From an uncultured Pelagibacteraceae bacterium (GTDB taxonomy: Bacteria > Pseudomonadota > Alphaproteobacteria > Pelagibacterales > Pelagibacteraceae), in NCBI GenBank assembly GCA_902552985.1, contig CACDII010000004.1, forward strand, positions 2,540-66,539: a stretch of 64,000 nucleotides of DNA, written 5' to 3'. Within the stretch, counting starts at the first letter, position 1; every line of letters begins with the position of its first letter. This document shows positions 1-10,098 of the stretch, piece by piece. A program made the position numbers and the translations under genes. The notes beneath the pieces are model-generated. The model did not search any database, was not told the DNA's origin, and saw only the letters and a program-made list of their open reading frames with translations.

Positions 1-243
1 TGTTAACATGTTGAACAAAAAACCAAAAGCAGCAAACATTATGCAATATTTAATTACTACTATTCTATTATCTAAATTCATGAGCTGAGCTTTCCACTCT
101 GGTGGCGTATGTTTTTCAAAAATAAACTCATCGTGTATTTTACGAATTAATGAGCTCAAAGTATGAAATCTATTAGAGTAGACACTCATAATAAGAGGTA
201 TAGCAGGAAACATAAGTGCTGTTACGGTATAATCTATATTCAT
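1..243 (-). CDS. DUF2721-like small membrane protein, 5' part only (runs off window edge); not in ORF track
   Basis: Manual translation from ATG at 243: MNIDYTVTALMFPAIPLIMSVYSNRFHTLSSLIRKIHDE..., open to position 1. The LxFPAI..NRF..L..LIR pattern resembles DUF2721 (from memory). Confidence 0.65.
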   Translation of the reverse strand, partial: MNIDYTVTALMFPAIPLIMSVYSNRFHTLSSLIRKIHDEFIFEKHTPPEWKAQLMNLDNRIVVIKYCIMFAAFGFLFNMLT

Positions 244-296
244 AACGAATCAGTTTGATTATGAATCTAGCCTTTGTTATTTACAAGTAAATTCTT

Positions 297-1160
297 ATGA
301 ATCGATTAAATCTTTTTATTGAGTTAACAAGACTAAAAAGTCCTACAGGGTATATGCTTTTATTTTGGCCATGTGCTTGGGGTTTAACTACTGCTTATGA
401 TTTTTCAAATAATATAAACGTTTATATTTTTTACTTACTTTTATTTTTCCTAGGTTCAGTTTTAATGAGATCTGCTGGTTGTATAATAAATGATATAGTT
501 GATAGAAATTTTGATCAAAAAGTTTTTAGAACAAAAAATAGACCAATTGCATCAGGAAAAATTTCAATTAAATTAGCTTTAATATATTCTTTAATTTTAT
601 GTTTATTCGCTTTTTTAATTTTAATTAATTTTAACTTTTTAACAATTGTTTTGGCTATCTGCTCAATGCCTCTTGCCTTTTCTTATCCATTAATGAAAAG
701 GTATACTTATTGGCCGCAGTTATTTCTCGGAATTACGTTTAATTACGGTCTAATACTTGGTTGGACCTCAGTAAATGAAAATTTAAATATCATTCCAGTA
801 ATTTTTTATATTGGAGCCATATTTTGGACACTTGGTTACGACACTATATATGGATTTCAAGATATAAAAGATGATGAAATAATAGGTGTAAAATCGACTT
901 CAATTAAATTTAAAAACAATCCAATTTTATTTTTATTTATATGTTATGCAATTTTTACAATAAGTATTTTAACTTTAGGTTTGAAAATGAACTTTAATAA
1001 TCTATTTTTTATTTTTTTTATTTTACCATTTATTCACTTATTTTTTTTTCAAATAAAAAAATTAAAAATCGATGATAGCTTAAATTGTTTGAAAACCTTT
1101 AAAAGTAATAATTTTTTAGGTTTGTTAATTTTTTGTAACATCTTAATTGGGAAAATATAA
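297..1160 (+). CDS. ubiA: 4-hydroxybenzoate polyprenyltransferase
   Basis: RSAGCIINDIVDRNFD, RTKNRPIASG and YDTIYGFQD..DD motifs; multiple TM segments. Confidence 0.95.
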   Translation: MNRLNLFIELTRLKSPTGYMLLFWPCAWGLTTAYDFSNNINVYIFYLLLFFLGSVLMRSAGCIINDIVDRNFDQKVFRTKNRPIASGKISIKLALIYSLILCLFAFLILINFNFLTIVLAICSMPLAFSYPLMKRYTYWPQLFLGITFNYGLILGWTSVNENLNIIPVIFYIGAIFWTLGYDTIYGFQDIKDDEIIGVKSTSIKFKNNPILFLFICYAIFTISILTLGLKMNFNNLFFIFFILPFIHLFFFQIKKLKIDDSLNCLKTFKSNNFLGLLIFCNILIGKI

Positions 1161-1164
1161 ATTA

Positions 1165-2904
1165 ATGAAAAATAGTTCTATTCTTGTTCGCCTTTATCAA
1201 AACTATACAAAAAAATTTCTTCGTAACATTATAGTTTCTGTTTTTTTTACATTAATAGTAGCAGGAAGCACTGCTTCTATTGCATACTTATTAGATCCAG
1301 CAATAAAAAAAATATTTGTAGAAAAAGATCAAACTCTAATTATTATTATTCCTATTCTTATTATAATTGCATTCGCAGCTAAAGGATTGTCTCTTTATTT
1401 GGCAAAAATAATAATGATAGGTGTTGCGGAAGAAGTAAGAAAAGATATCCAGTGTGATATGCTTAATTCTTTAATTGAAGCTGACACTCAATTTATCGAT
1501 AGCAAGCATTCTGGAAAATTTGTATCCAATTTAACATACGATGTTGGAATGATTACAAATCTAGTAAGCACCGCAATTTTAAATTTATTTAAAGACGGTC
1601 TAACATTAATAGCTTTACTTGGTGTAATGTTTTACCAAAATTGGAAGCTTTCTCTAATTTCCATAATAATGATCCCTTTAGCAACATTTGCAGCAAGAAA
1701 TTTAGGAAAAAGAATAGGTAAAACTTCAACTGAAGCAATGCAAAAGGCCGGCGTATTAACTACTTATCTTATAGAAATTTTTAAAAATCATAAATTAATA
1801 AAAATATTTCAATCGGAAAAATATGAAAATTTAAGAGCTAAAAAATATATTAATGAACTTAAAGAAAAAAGTAAAAAAACTAATATCATTTTTGTGAGAG
1901 CATCTCCAATTATGGAAACTCTTACTGGAATAATGATTGCGATATTAATTTTTTACTCTGGAAAACTAATTATAACTGATGGATTAGAAATAAATAATTT
2001 TTTCTCCTTTCTTGCTGCTATGATGCTCGCTTATCAACCAGTGAGATCTCTTGCAACTTTAAATATAGCTGTAAATCAAGGACTATCTTCCGCAAAAAGA
2101 ATTTTACCAATTGTTGATTATAAAAGTGCAATAAATTCAAATTTAAATGAAGAACCAATCAAGATTACTAACGCAAACATAAACTTTAATAATATTAACT
2201 TTAAATATAGTTCAAAAGAAACTCGAGTTTTAGAATCTGTAAATTTAAAAATAACAGGTGGAAAAATGACATCATTAGTAGGCCATAGTGGAGCTGGAAA
2301 ATCAACTATTTTAAACTTAATACCAAGATTTTATGATGCTGATTCTGGAGATATTACAATTGATGATCAATCAATTTATAAATCAAATTTAAATTCTTTG
2401 AGAAAAAATATTTCCTTAGTTAGTCAAGATACAACCTTGTTTGATGATACGGTTAAAAATAATATTTCATACGCTAAACCTGGCGCCTCACAAGACGAAA
2501 TCGAGGAAGCAGCAAAAAATTCCTTTGCATACGAGTTTATTGAAAAACTTCCCAATAAATTTGATACTCTAATTGGAGAAAATGGAGTTAGACTTTCTGG
2601 AGGAGAAAAACAAAGACTATCAATTGCTAGAGCAATGCTTAAAAAAAGTCCTATAATACTTCTAGATGAAGCTACTTCCTCTCTTGATGCAGAAACTGAG
2701 GATAAAATTCAGAAAGCAATAATTCTCTTAACAAAAAATAGAACTACAATAGTAATTGCTCACAGACTTTCAACTATACTTAACTCCGACAAAATATACG
2801 TTATTGATCATGGAAAAGTTTTAGGAGAAGGAAGTCATAAAGAGCTTTTGTCAAGTTCTTCTGTTTATAAAAACTTTTATGACAAACAAATTCGTAAAGA
2901 ATAA
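1165..2904 (+). CDS. msbA: MsbA-like lipid A ABC exporter (fused TMD+NBD); probable start ATG 1165
   Basis: Walker A GHSGAGKST, LSGGEKQR signature, LLDEATSSLD; directly upstream of waaA-lpxK. Confidence 0.85.
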   Translation: MKNSSILVRLYQNYTKKFLRNIIVSVFFTLIVAGSTASIAYLLDPAIKKIFVEKDQTLIIIIPILIIIAFAAKGLSLYLAKIIMIGVAEEVRKDIQCDMLNSLIEADTQFIDSKHSGKFVSNLTYDVGMITNLVSTAILNLFKDGLTLIALLGVMFYQNWKLSLISIIMIPLATFAARNLGKRIGKTSTEAMQKAGVLTTYLIEIFKNHKLIKIFQSEKYENLRAKKYINELKEKSKKTNIIFVRASPIMETLTGIMIAILIFYSGKLIITDGLEINNFFSFLAAMMLAYQPVRSLATLNIAVNQGLSSAKRILPIVDYKSAINSNLNEEPIKITNANINFNNINFKYSSKETRVLESVNLKITGGKMTSLVGHSGAGKSTILNLIPRFYDADSGDITIDDQSIYKSNLNSLRKNISLVSQDTTLFDDTVKNNISYAKPGASQDEIEEAAKNSFAYEFIEKLPNKFDTLIGENGVRLSGGEKQRLSIARAMLKKSPIILLDEATSSLDAETEDKIQKAIILLTKNRTTIVIAHRLSTILNSDKIYVIDHGKVLGEGSHKELLSSSSVYKNFYDKQIRKE

Positions 2905-4169
2905 TGTTTTTAATTTATCAATTTACCATTTTATTATTAATTATTATCTCACCAATAATTATAATTATAAGAATTTTAAAAAAAAAAGAAGATAAAAAAA
3001 GATTTATCGAAAAATTTTCTATAATTTCTAAAAAAAGAGAAAAAGGAAATTTAATATGGTTTCACGGATCAAGTGTTGGCGAAATTTTAAGTATAATCCC
3101 AATTGTTGAAAAACTAGAAAAAAATAAATTAGTTAAGAAAATTTTAATTACTTCATCAACTTTAAGTTCTTCTCAAATATTAACTAAATATAATTTTAAA
3201 AAAACTACACATCAATTTTTCCCAATTGATTTTACATATTTTACAAATAAGTTTTTAAATTTTTGGAAACCCTCAATAGCAATTTTTATAGAATCAGAAA
3301 TTTGGCCTAGTATGTTTTTAGGTATTAATAAAAGATCAATACCAATTGTATTAATGAATGCTAGAATTACTGAAAAAACATTTAAAAGATGGATGAAAAT
3401 TGAATCATTTTCAAAAAATGTTTTTGGTAAAATAAATTTTGCATACCCACAAAATCGCGAAACTTATCAATATCTAAAGAGACTAGAAGTTTCAAAAATC
3501 AATTTTATAGGTAACTTAAAATTTTCAGAAAGTAAATTAGATGAAAAAATTTTAATTAATAAAAAATTTTATAAACAATTTACAAATAGAAAAGTTTGGT
3601 GTGCTTCAAGCACTCACGCTGATGAAGAATTAGACTGTGCAAAAGTTCATATTAACTTGAAAAGGAAATATAAAAACTTACTGACCATAATAATACCAAG
3701 GCATATCCATAGAACTGATGAAATCATAAAAAAAATTAACGACCTAGGATTAAATATAACGCAACGAAGCTCTAATAAAAAAATTACAAAAAATACTGAT
3801 ATATATTTAGTAGACACTTACGGTGAAACAAAAAAATTTTATAAAATTTCTAAAACCGTATTTTTAGGTGGATCTTTAATAAATCATGGTGGTCAAAATC
3901 CTATCGAGCCTGCTAGATTACAATCAACAATTATCCATGGAGTTCACATTCATAATTTTAGAGAAGTATATAAATTGTTAGATGATAACAAAATTTCTTA
4001 TAAAGCAAAAAATATTTTTCAGTTGACTAAATTAGTAGATAGATCAATTTCAAATTCAAAGACTAAAAAAAACAAATATTTGAAAATTAAAAAATTAGGT
4101 AATACGATATTAAATAATACAATGAATGAAATTAATGATTTAATAAAACATGAAATTAAAAAAACCTAA
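2904..4169 (+). CDS. waaA: 3-deoxy-D-manno-octulosonic acid (Kdo) transferase
   Basis: IWFHGSSVGE, ESEIWP, IIPRH, FLGGSL..GGQNPIEPA motifs. Confidence 0.92.
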   Translation: MFLIYQFTILLLIIISPIIIIIRILKKKEDKKRFIEKFSIISKKREKGNLIWFHGSSVGEILSIIPIVEKLEKNKLVKKILITSSTLSSSQILTKYNFKKTTHQFFPIDFTYFTNKFLNFWKPSIAIFIESEIWPSMFLGINKRSIPIVLMNARITEKTFKRWMKIESFSKNVFGKINFAYPQNRETYQYLKRLEVSKINFIGNLKFSESKLDEKILINKKFYKQFTNRKVWCASSTHADEELDCAKVHINLKRKYKNLLTIIIPRHIHRTDEIIKKINDLGLNITQRSSNKKITKNTDIYLVDTYGETKKFYKISKTVFLGGSLINHGGQNPIEPARLQSTIIHGVHIHNFREVYKLLDDNKISYKAKNIFQLTKLVDRSISNSKTKKNKYLKIKKLGNTILNNTMNEINDLIKHEIKKT

Positions 4170-5091
4170 ATTTTGGGATTACAAAAAACCAAATGTAATT
4201 GCTTATTTTTTGTTACCTTTTTCAATTTTTTTATTATTTTTTAATTTTTTAAGAGAAATTTTAAAAAAAAAATCTATAAAACAAAATACAGAAATCAAAA
4301 CTATTTGTATCGGTAATATCTACATTGGAGGTACCGGTAAAACACCACTCGCTAAGGAAATTTTTCAAATTACTAAATCTCTAGGTAAAAACCCTGCATT
4401 TGTTAAAAAATATTATGATTATGTTGAAGACGAAATTAATATGTTAAAAAAAGTTGGCAAAACTTTTATTTGTAAAAAAAGAAAAGACTCGCTTAATAAT
4501 CTGATAAAGAGTGAATATGATTTAGCTATACTCGATGATGGTTTTCAAGATTTATCTATCAACAAAAACTTTAATATAATTTGCTTTAATCAAAAACAAT
4601 GGATTGGGAATGGTTTTTTAATACCCGCAGGACCTTTAAGAGAAAAGCTTTCAGCCTTAAAAAGAGCTGATTGTATTTTAATTAATGGAAACAATGATAC
4701 TGAAATAGAAAACCAAATATATACAGAAAATAAAAATATAAAAATTTTCTATTCGAAATATAAGCCTATTGATATTGAAAGATTTAATCAAAAAAAAATA
4801 TGTGCATTTGCGGGAATTGGAAATCCAACGAATTTCTTTAATTTATTAAAGGAAAATAATCTAAATTTAATAAATACGCTTTCTTTTCCAGATCACTACA
4901 ATTATTCGTATACTAATATTGAAAAAATATTTAAAAAATTTAGCGATTGTATCCTGCTTACTACAGAAAAAGATTATTATAGATTTCAATTAAATTCTAT
5001 TTCTAAAAACTTTGATATTCAATACTTGAAGGTAGAGTTAGAAATAGAAGATAAAGATAATTTTATTAAATTAATTAAGAATAATATATGA
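4150..5091 (+). CDS. lpxK: tetraacyldisaccharide 4'-kinase
   Basis: GNIYIGGTGKTP, LDDGFQD, PAGPLRE, FAGIGNP, FPDHY, TTEKD. Confidence 0.93.
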   Translation: MKLKKPKFWDYKKPNVIAYFLLPFSIFLLFFNFLREILKKKSIKQNTEIKTICIGNIYIGGTGKTPLAKEIFQITKSLGKNPAFVKKYYDYVEDEINMLKKVGKTFICKKRKDSLNNLIKSEYDLAILDDGFQDLSINKNFNIICFNQKQWIGNGFLIPAGPLREKLSALKRADCILINGNNDTEIENQIYTENKNIKIFYSKYKPIDIERFNQKKICAFAGIGNPTNFFNLLKENNLNLINTLSFPDHYNYSYTNIEKIFKKFSDCILLTTEKDYYRFQLNSISKNFDIQYLKVELEIEDKDNFIKLIKNNI

Positions 5092-5948
5092 AATTTTTAA
5101 AATACTTTGTTGAATTTATTATTATTATTTTGCTCTTCACTATATTTAAAATTTTAGGTTTTAAATTAGCTTCAAATATTGGTGGACAAATTGGAAAATT
5201 TTTTGGTCCATTTTTTAGATCAAAAAAAAAATTATTATCAAATATTAAAAAAGCACTGCCTGATCTTGATGAAGAAAATATCCAATTAATAATTAAGAAA
5301 ATGTGGACTAACTATGGAAGAATTTTATCTGAATATATGTTCATAAAAGATTTTAGAAATTCAAAACTTAAAAAATTTTTTAAAATAGAAGGTCAAGAAA
5401 TTTTAGATAAGCTTAGTAGTTCTAAAGAGCAAGTAATATTTGTTTCTGGTCATTTCAATAACTTTGAACTTATGGCAATGCAGATCGAAAAATCTGGAAT
5501 CAATTTAGCTGCAATTTATAGACCGTTAAATAATATTTTTCTTAATAAAATTATGGAAAAAATAAGAAAAAAACACATATGTAAAAATCAAATTAAAAAA
5601 GGGAGAAGCGGTACTCGAGAACTATTAGAATTTTTTAATAAAAATTACTCAATTGCGTTAATGATAGATCAAAGAGTCAGCGAAGGAATTAAGTCAAATT
5701 TTTTTGGATATCTGGCTTCAACAACAACAATCCCAGCTCAAATTGTTAAAAAATTTAAATGTAAAGTTGTCCCAATATACATAGAGAGAGTTGATGAAAT
5801 TCACTTTAAAATGACTGTAAATAAACCAATTAGTTATAGTGATGAAATGACAATAGAAGAAATTACTGAAAATTTAAATAAATTATTAGAAAAGATGATT
5901 TTAGCAAACCCAAGCCAGTGGATTTGGACACACGATCGATGGAAATAA
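5088..5948 (+). CDS. lpxL: lipid A late acyltransferase (LpxL/HtrB family)
   Basis: GHFNNFE catalytic HxxxxE, MIDQ, PSQWIWTHDRWK C-terminus; lipid A context. Confidence 0.8.
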   Translation: MKFLKYFVEFIIIILLFTIFKILGFKLASNIGGQIGKFFGPFFRSKKKLLSNIKKALPDLDEENIQLIIKKMWTNYGRILSEYMFIKDFRNSKLKKFFKIEGQEILDKLSSSKEQVIFVSGHFNNFELMAMQIEKSGINLAAIYRPLNNIFLNKIMEKIRKKHICKNQIKKGRSGTRELLEFFNKNYSIALMIDQRVSEGIKSNFFGYLASTTTIPAQIVKKFKCKVVPIYIERVDEIHFKMTVNKPISYSDEMTIEEITENLNKLLEKMILANPSQWIWTHDRWK

Positions 5949-5951
5949 ATT

Positions 5952-6149
5952 TTATTTCTTAATAAGTTTTTCGTTTTTTTTAAATGCTTCTTCGTAAGAA
6001 TAGTATGCTTCTTGTAAATCAACATTCCAATAATTTAGATCTTTAATTTTTATTGGTTTTCCTGAAACGGCACATATTACATGATCGCCTTCTTCTATAA
6101 TTTCAAAATTATTTGGCAAATACTTTAATTTAGCTAATTTTTTTATCAT
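5952..6149 (-). CDS. DUF2093-like small protein (probable start ATG 6149)
   Basis: GDHVICAVSGKPI..DLNYWNVDLQEAY pattern of the alphaproteobacterial DUF2093 family; longer ORF-track start would overlap purD. Confidence 0.75.
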   Translation of the reverse strand: MIKKLAKLKYLPNNFEIIEEGDHVICAVSGKPIKIKDLNYWNVDLQEAYYSYEEAFKKNEKLIKK

Positions 6150-6170
6150 TTTTGGTTTATATATGATTAC

Positions 6171-7436
6171 ATGAAAGTAGGAATAATTGGAAGTGGTGGA
6201 AGAGAGCACGCTATATGTGATGCTTTAGCTAAATCAAAAAAAATTAATCAAATATATTGCTTCCCTGGAAATGCCGGAACAGCTCAACTTGCAAAAAATA
6301 TAGATATAGATTTAAGCGATTTTGATCAAATTAAGAATTTTGTAAAAGAAAAAAATATTGATTTGGTTGTGGTTGGTCCAGAAAAACCCTTAGTAGAGGG
6401 AATTGTAGATTTTTTTCAAAAAAACAATATAAAAGTTTTTGGTCCAAACAAAGTTGCCTCCCAGCTTGAGGGGTCAAAAATATTTACAAAAAAATTATGT
6501 CAAAAATACAATATTCCCACCGCAAAATTTAATATTTTTGAAAGTATTGATGAAGCCATTAAATTTATAAACGAAATTAAATTTCCATTAGTTATTAAAG
6601 CTGATGGATTAGCTTCTGGAAAAGGTGTGTATATATGTGAAGACAAAAAAAATGCTGTTAATTCATTAGAGGAAATTTTTAATGGAAAATTCGGAATAGC
6701 AAAAAATGTTTTAATTGAAGAATTTCTTGTGGGTGAAGAAATGAGCTACTTTGTTGTAAGTGATGGCAAAACAATAAAGGATTTCCAGACTGCACAAGAT
6801 CATAAAAGAGTTTTAGAAGGGGATAGAGGAAAAAATACTGGAGGTATGGGTGCTTACTCACCATCAAGACTTATTTCTAAAGACTTAAGAAAAAAAATAT
6901 TAAATAAAATAATTAATCCAACATTAAAAGCACTTAGTGAAATGGATTGCAAATATAAAGGTTTTTTATATGCTGGTTTAATTATAGTTAATAACGAACC
7001 TTATCTTATAGAATATAATGTAAGAATGGGTGATCCTGAGTGCCAGACTATTTTGCCTAAATTAAAAACAGACTTATTTGAAATTATGCATGCTTGTTGT
7101 GAAGAAAATTTATTAAATTTAAAAATAGAATGGTATGATAAAAAAAGCCTATGTATTGTTTTGTGTTCAAAAGGCTACCCTGACGAATATAAAAAAAATA
7201 TTTTAATAAATAATTTAGAAAAAATTAATTTAAAAGAGAATGAATATGTTTATCATGCTGGCACTAAAACTAATGGTAATAAAATATATTCAAATGGAGG
7301 TAGAGTTTTAAATTTTGTTTGTTTATCAAATAACTATAAGGAAAGTAGAATTAAAATTATTAACTTAATTAAATCTTTAAACTGGTCTAACGGTTTTTTT
7401 AGAAAAGATATTGGATACAAAGTAATAAATGAATGA
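6171..7436 (+). CDS. purD: phosphoribosylamine--glycine ligase
   Basis: GSGGREHA, KADGLASGKGV, QDHKR, NTGGMGAYSP, EYNVRMGDPE. Confidence 0.97.
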   Translation: MKVGIIGSGGREHAICDALAKSKKINQIYCFPGNAGTAQLAKNIDIDLSDFDQIKNFVKEKNIDLVVVGPEKPLVEGIVDFFQKNNIKVFGPNKVASQLEGSKIFTKKLCQKYNIPTAKFNIFESIDEAIKFINEIKFPLVIKADGLASGKGVYICEDKKNAVNSLEEIFNGKFGIAKNVLIEEFLVGEEMSYFVVSDGKTIKDFQTAQDHKRVLEGDRGKNTGGMGAYSPSRLISKDLRKKILNKIINPTLKALSEMDCKYKGFLYAGLIIVNNEPYLIEYNVRMGDPECQTILPKLKTDLFEIMHACCEENLLNLKIEWYDKKSLCIVLCSKGYPDEYKKNILINNLEKINLKENEYVYHAGTKTNGNKIYSNGGRVLNFVCLSNNYKESRIKIINLIKSLNWSNGFFRKDIGYKVINE

Positions 7437-8076
7437 GAATAGTGAAAAAAAACTACAAAGCAAAATTTGTGGAATCACAGATATTAAAACCCTTAAATAT
7501 TTAATTAATCATTCCTACCCTCCTAGCTTTGTTGGATTTATTGTTAATTATAAAAAATCAAAACGATACTTGGATTACAAAAAACTGAAAAATTTATTAA
7601 AAGTTAAAAAAAAAAAAATTAAATTTGTAGCTGTTTTAGTGAAGCCAAGTAACATCGATTTAGACAATATAGCTAAACTACCATTTGATTATTATCAAAT
7701 CTACGACACATCTCCCAAAAAAATTAAATTAATTAAAAATAAATATAAAAAAAAAATTATTGTTGCATTGACTATAAATAAAAAAAAAGATGTAGAAAAA
7801 TATAAACTATATAAAAAAATTTCAGATATCTTTTTGTTTGATGGTAAAGGTTACGAAAAAAGTATAGCATTTAATCATAAATTAATAAATAATTTAAAAA
7901 AAAAAATTAAGATTATGTTAGCTGGAAATATTAAGCCAAACGATAATTTAAAAAATTTTGTAGAATTAGCTAATTTTATTGATATATCTGGCGGTTTAGA
8001 AACTCATGGAAAAAAAGATATTTCCAAAATAAATACTTTTTTAAATAATATAAAAAAAGTTAATTATGAAAATTAA
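7429..8076 (+). CDS. trpF: phosphoribosylanthranilate isomerase (divergent)
   Basis: KICGIT, LFD, MLAG, IDISGGLE..GKKD; directly upstream of trpB. Confidence 0.85.
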   Translation: MNENSEKKLQSKICGITDIKTLKYLINHSYPPSFVGFIVNYKKSKRYLDYKKLKNLLKVKKKKIKFVAVLVKPSNIDLDNIAKLPFDYYQIYDTSPKKIKLIKNKYKKKIIVALTINKKKDVEKYKLYKKISDIFLFDGKGYEKSIAFNHKLINNLKKKIKIMLAGNIKPNDNLKNFVELANFIDISGGLETHGKKDISKINTFLNNIKKVNYEN

Positions 8077-9295
8077 AAAAAATATTCCCCTAATAGATCA
8101 ACACGATAAAAATGGTTTTTGGGGAGGAAAATTCGGTGGAAGTTTTATTCCCGAAACACTCAAAAAACCAGTAGAAGATTTAACAATTTTATTTGAAAAA
8201 CTAAGAAAAGATAAAAATTTTATAAAAGAAAGAGATTATTATTTTAAAAACTGGGTAGGAGCTCCTACTCCCTTTTTTAAATTAAGAAATTTAACAAACC
8301 ATCTGGGTGGTGCTGAGATATGGACTAAAGTTGTATCAGAGGCAAATGGTGGGGCTCACAAAATTTATAATGCAACGGTACACTGTCTGATTGCAAAAAA
8401 AGCAGGAAAAAAATATGTTGTCGGCGATACTGGAGCTGGATATGCGGGAAAGATGTTAAGTATGGCAGCAAAAAAATTTGGCCTTAAATGTAAAATATTT
8501 ATGGGAGCAAAAGATATAGAAAGACAAAAACCTAATTGTGATGCAATGAGAAAAAATGGGGCTGAGATAGTCCCAGTTTATACTGGTAGCCAGACATTAG
8601 TTGATGCTGTGAGTGAATGTATGAGATACTGGGTATCAAATTGTGATACTACTCATATGTGCGTGGGCTCTACTGTGGGGCCTAATATTTTTGTAAAGAT
8701 TTGTGGATGGAGCACATCTCAAATTTCTAGAGAACTTTTTATACAAATAAAAAAAGAATTTGGAGGAATTCCAAAAAAGATAAAATTATTAAACTGCGTT
8801 GGTGGAGGATCCTCAAGCTTTGGTTTTTGGAATGAATTTATGCATTATAATAAAAAACAAATTGAATTTGTTGGCATTGAAGCTGGTGGACCAATAAAAA
8901 GTAAAAGGCACGCAGCTCCTTTAACTTATGGATCAAAAATTGGAATATTGCATGGAGCTGCTCAATATGTAAACCAGGATATAGAAGGTCAAATTGAAGA
9001 GACCGAGTCTATTAGTGCTGGGTTAGATTATCCTGGGGTTTCTCCACTTCATTGTTTTTTAAAAGATGCGAAAAGAGCAAGATATACTGCTGCTAGTGAT
9101 GAAGAAGCTTTAAAAGCTTATGTGCTTGTAACCAAATTTGAAAAAATAAGGCCTAGTTTAGAGCCAAGTCATGCATTTGCTGAAGCTATAAAATTAGCTC
9201 CAAAGTTAAGTAATGATACAGTTATAATTGTAAACTCATGTGGTGATGCACACAAAGATCGAGATATTTTGAAACAAAGGTTGGGAAAGTTATAA
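8066..9295 (+). CDS. trpB: tryptophan synthase beta subunit with unusual active-site motifs
   Basis: FGGSFIPETL, GAHK (PLP Lys), CVGGGS, SISAGLDYPGV, LEPSHA; lies between trpF and trpA. Confidence 0.9.
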   Translation: MKIKKNIPLIDQHDKNGFWGGKFGGSFIPETLKKPVEDLTILFEKLRKDKNFIKERDYYFKNWVGAPTPFFKLRNLTNHLGGAEIWTKVVSEANGGAHKIYNATVHCLIAKKAGKKYVVGDTGAGYAGKMLSMAAKKFGLKCKIFMGAKDIERQKPNCDAMRKNGAEIVPVYTGSQTLVDAVSECMRYWVSNCDTTHMCVGSTVGPNIFVKICGWSTSQISRELFIQIKKEFGGIPKKIKLLNCVGGGSSSFGFWNEFMHYNKKQIEFVGIEAGGPIKSKRHAAPLTYGSKIGILHGAAQYVNQDIEGQIEETESISAGLDYPGVSPLHCFLKDAKRARYTAASDEEALKAYVLVTKFEKIRPSLEPSHAFAEAIKLAPKLSNDTVIIVNSCGDAHKDRDILKQRLGKL

Positions 9296-10098
9296 TGAAA
9301 ATGTCATCAATTAATTTAGCTTTTAAACATTGTAAAAAAGAAAAGAGACCTGCTTTAATAACATTCACAGTTGCTGGTGATAATACAAAAAAAAATTCAT
9401 TAAAAATTTTAAATTCAATAGCAAAATATGCTGATATTTTAGAGCTATCATTTTTACATAACTGTCCAATTGCCGATGGAGGTCAAATCCAAAATAGTAC
9501 TTATAGATCATTAAGGAATGGAACAACACTAAAGGATACTTTTAAAATTGCTAAAAAATTTAAAAATAATAATCCTAATAAACCATTAATATTAATGGGT
9601 TATTATAATTTAATATATCAGAATGGTGAAAATAACTTTCTAAAAAACTGTAAAATGTCTAAGGTTGATGGATTAATTGTTGTTGATTTGCCTTGGCCTG
9701 AAAATAAAAACTTTGCAAAAAAATGCAAAAAAATGTCAATAAATTTTGTTCAACTTTTATCGCCAACTACATCTAAAGAAAGAATGAAAAAAATTATAAA
9801 AGATTCACATGATATGATTTATTATATAAGTATGCTTTCTACGACAGGTGGTAAATTAAAAGTTCCACCCAAAAAAATTTTAGAAAATTATAATAAAATA
9901 AAAAAAATAAATAAAAATAAAAACTGTGTTATAGGATTTGGGATTACAAATAAATCAATAAAATCTTTCAAAAATTCAGATGGAGTAGTCGTTGGTAGTG
10001 AAATTTGTAAAGAAATTACCAAAAGCTTGAATAATAGACAAAATCCTGTCACAAATGTTACAGATATTGTTAAAAAATTGAGAAAAAAAATATCATGA
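9295..10098 (+). CDS. trpA: tryptophan synthase alpha subunit
   Basis: ILEL..PIADG (catalytic Glu and Asp), LMGYYN, VDGLIVVDLP, IGFGI, DGVVVGS. Confidence 0.93.
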   Translation: MKMSSINLAFKHCKKEKRPALITFTVAGDNTKKNSLKILNSIAKYADILELSFLHNCPIADGGQIQNSTYRSLRNGTTLKDTFKIAKKFKNNNPNKPLILMGYYNLIYQNGENNFLKNCKMSKVDGLIVVDLPWPENKNFAKKCKKMSINFVQLLSPTTSKERMKKIIKDSHDMIYYISMLSTTGGKLKVPPKKILENYNKIKKINKNKNCVIGFGITNKSIKSFKNSDGVVVGSEICKEITKSLNNRQNPVTNVTDIVKKLRKKIS

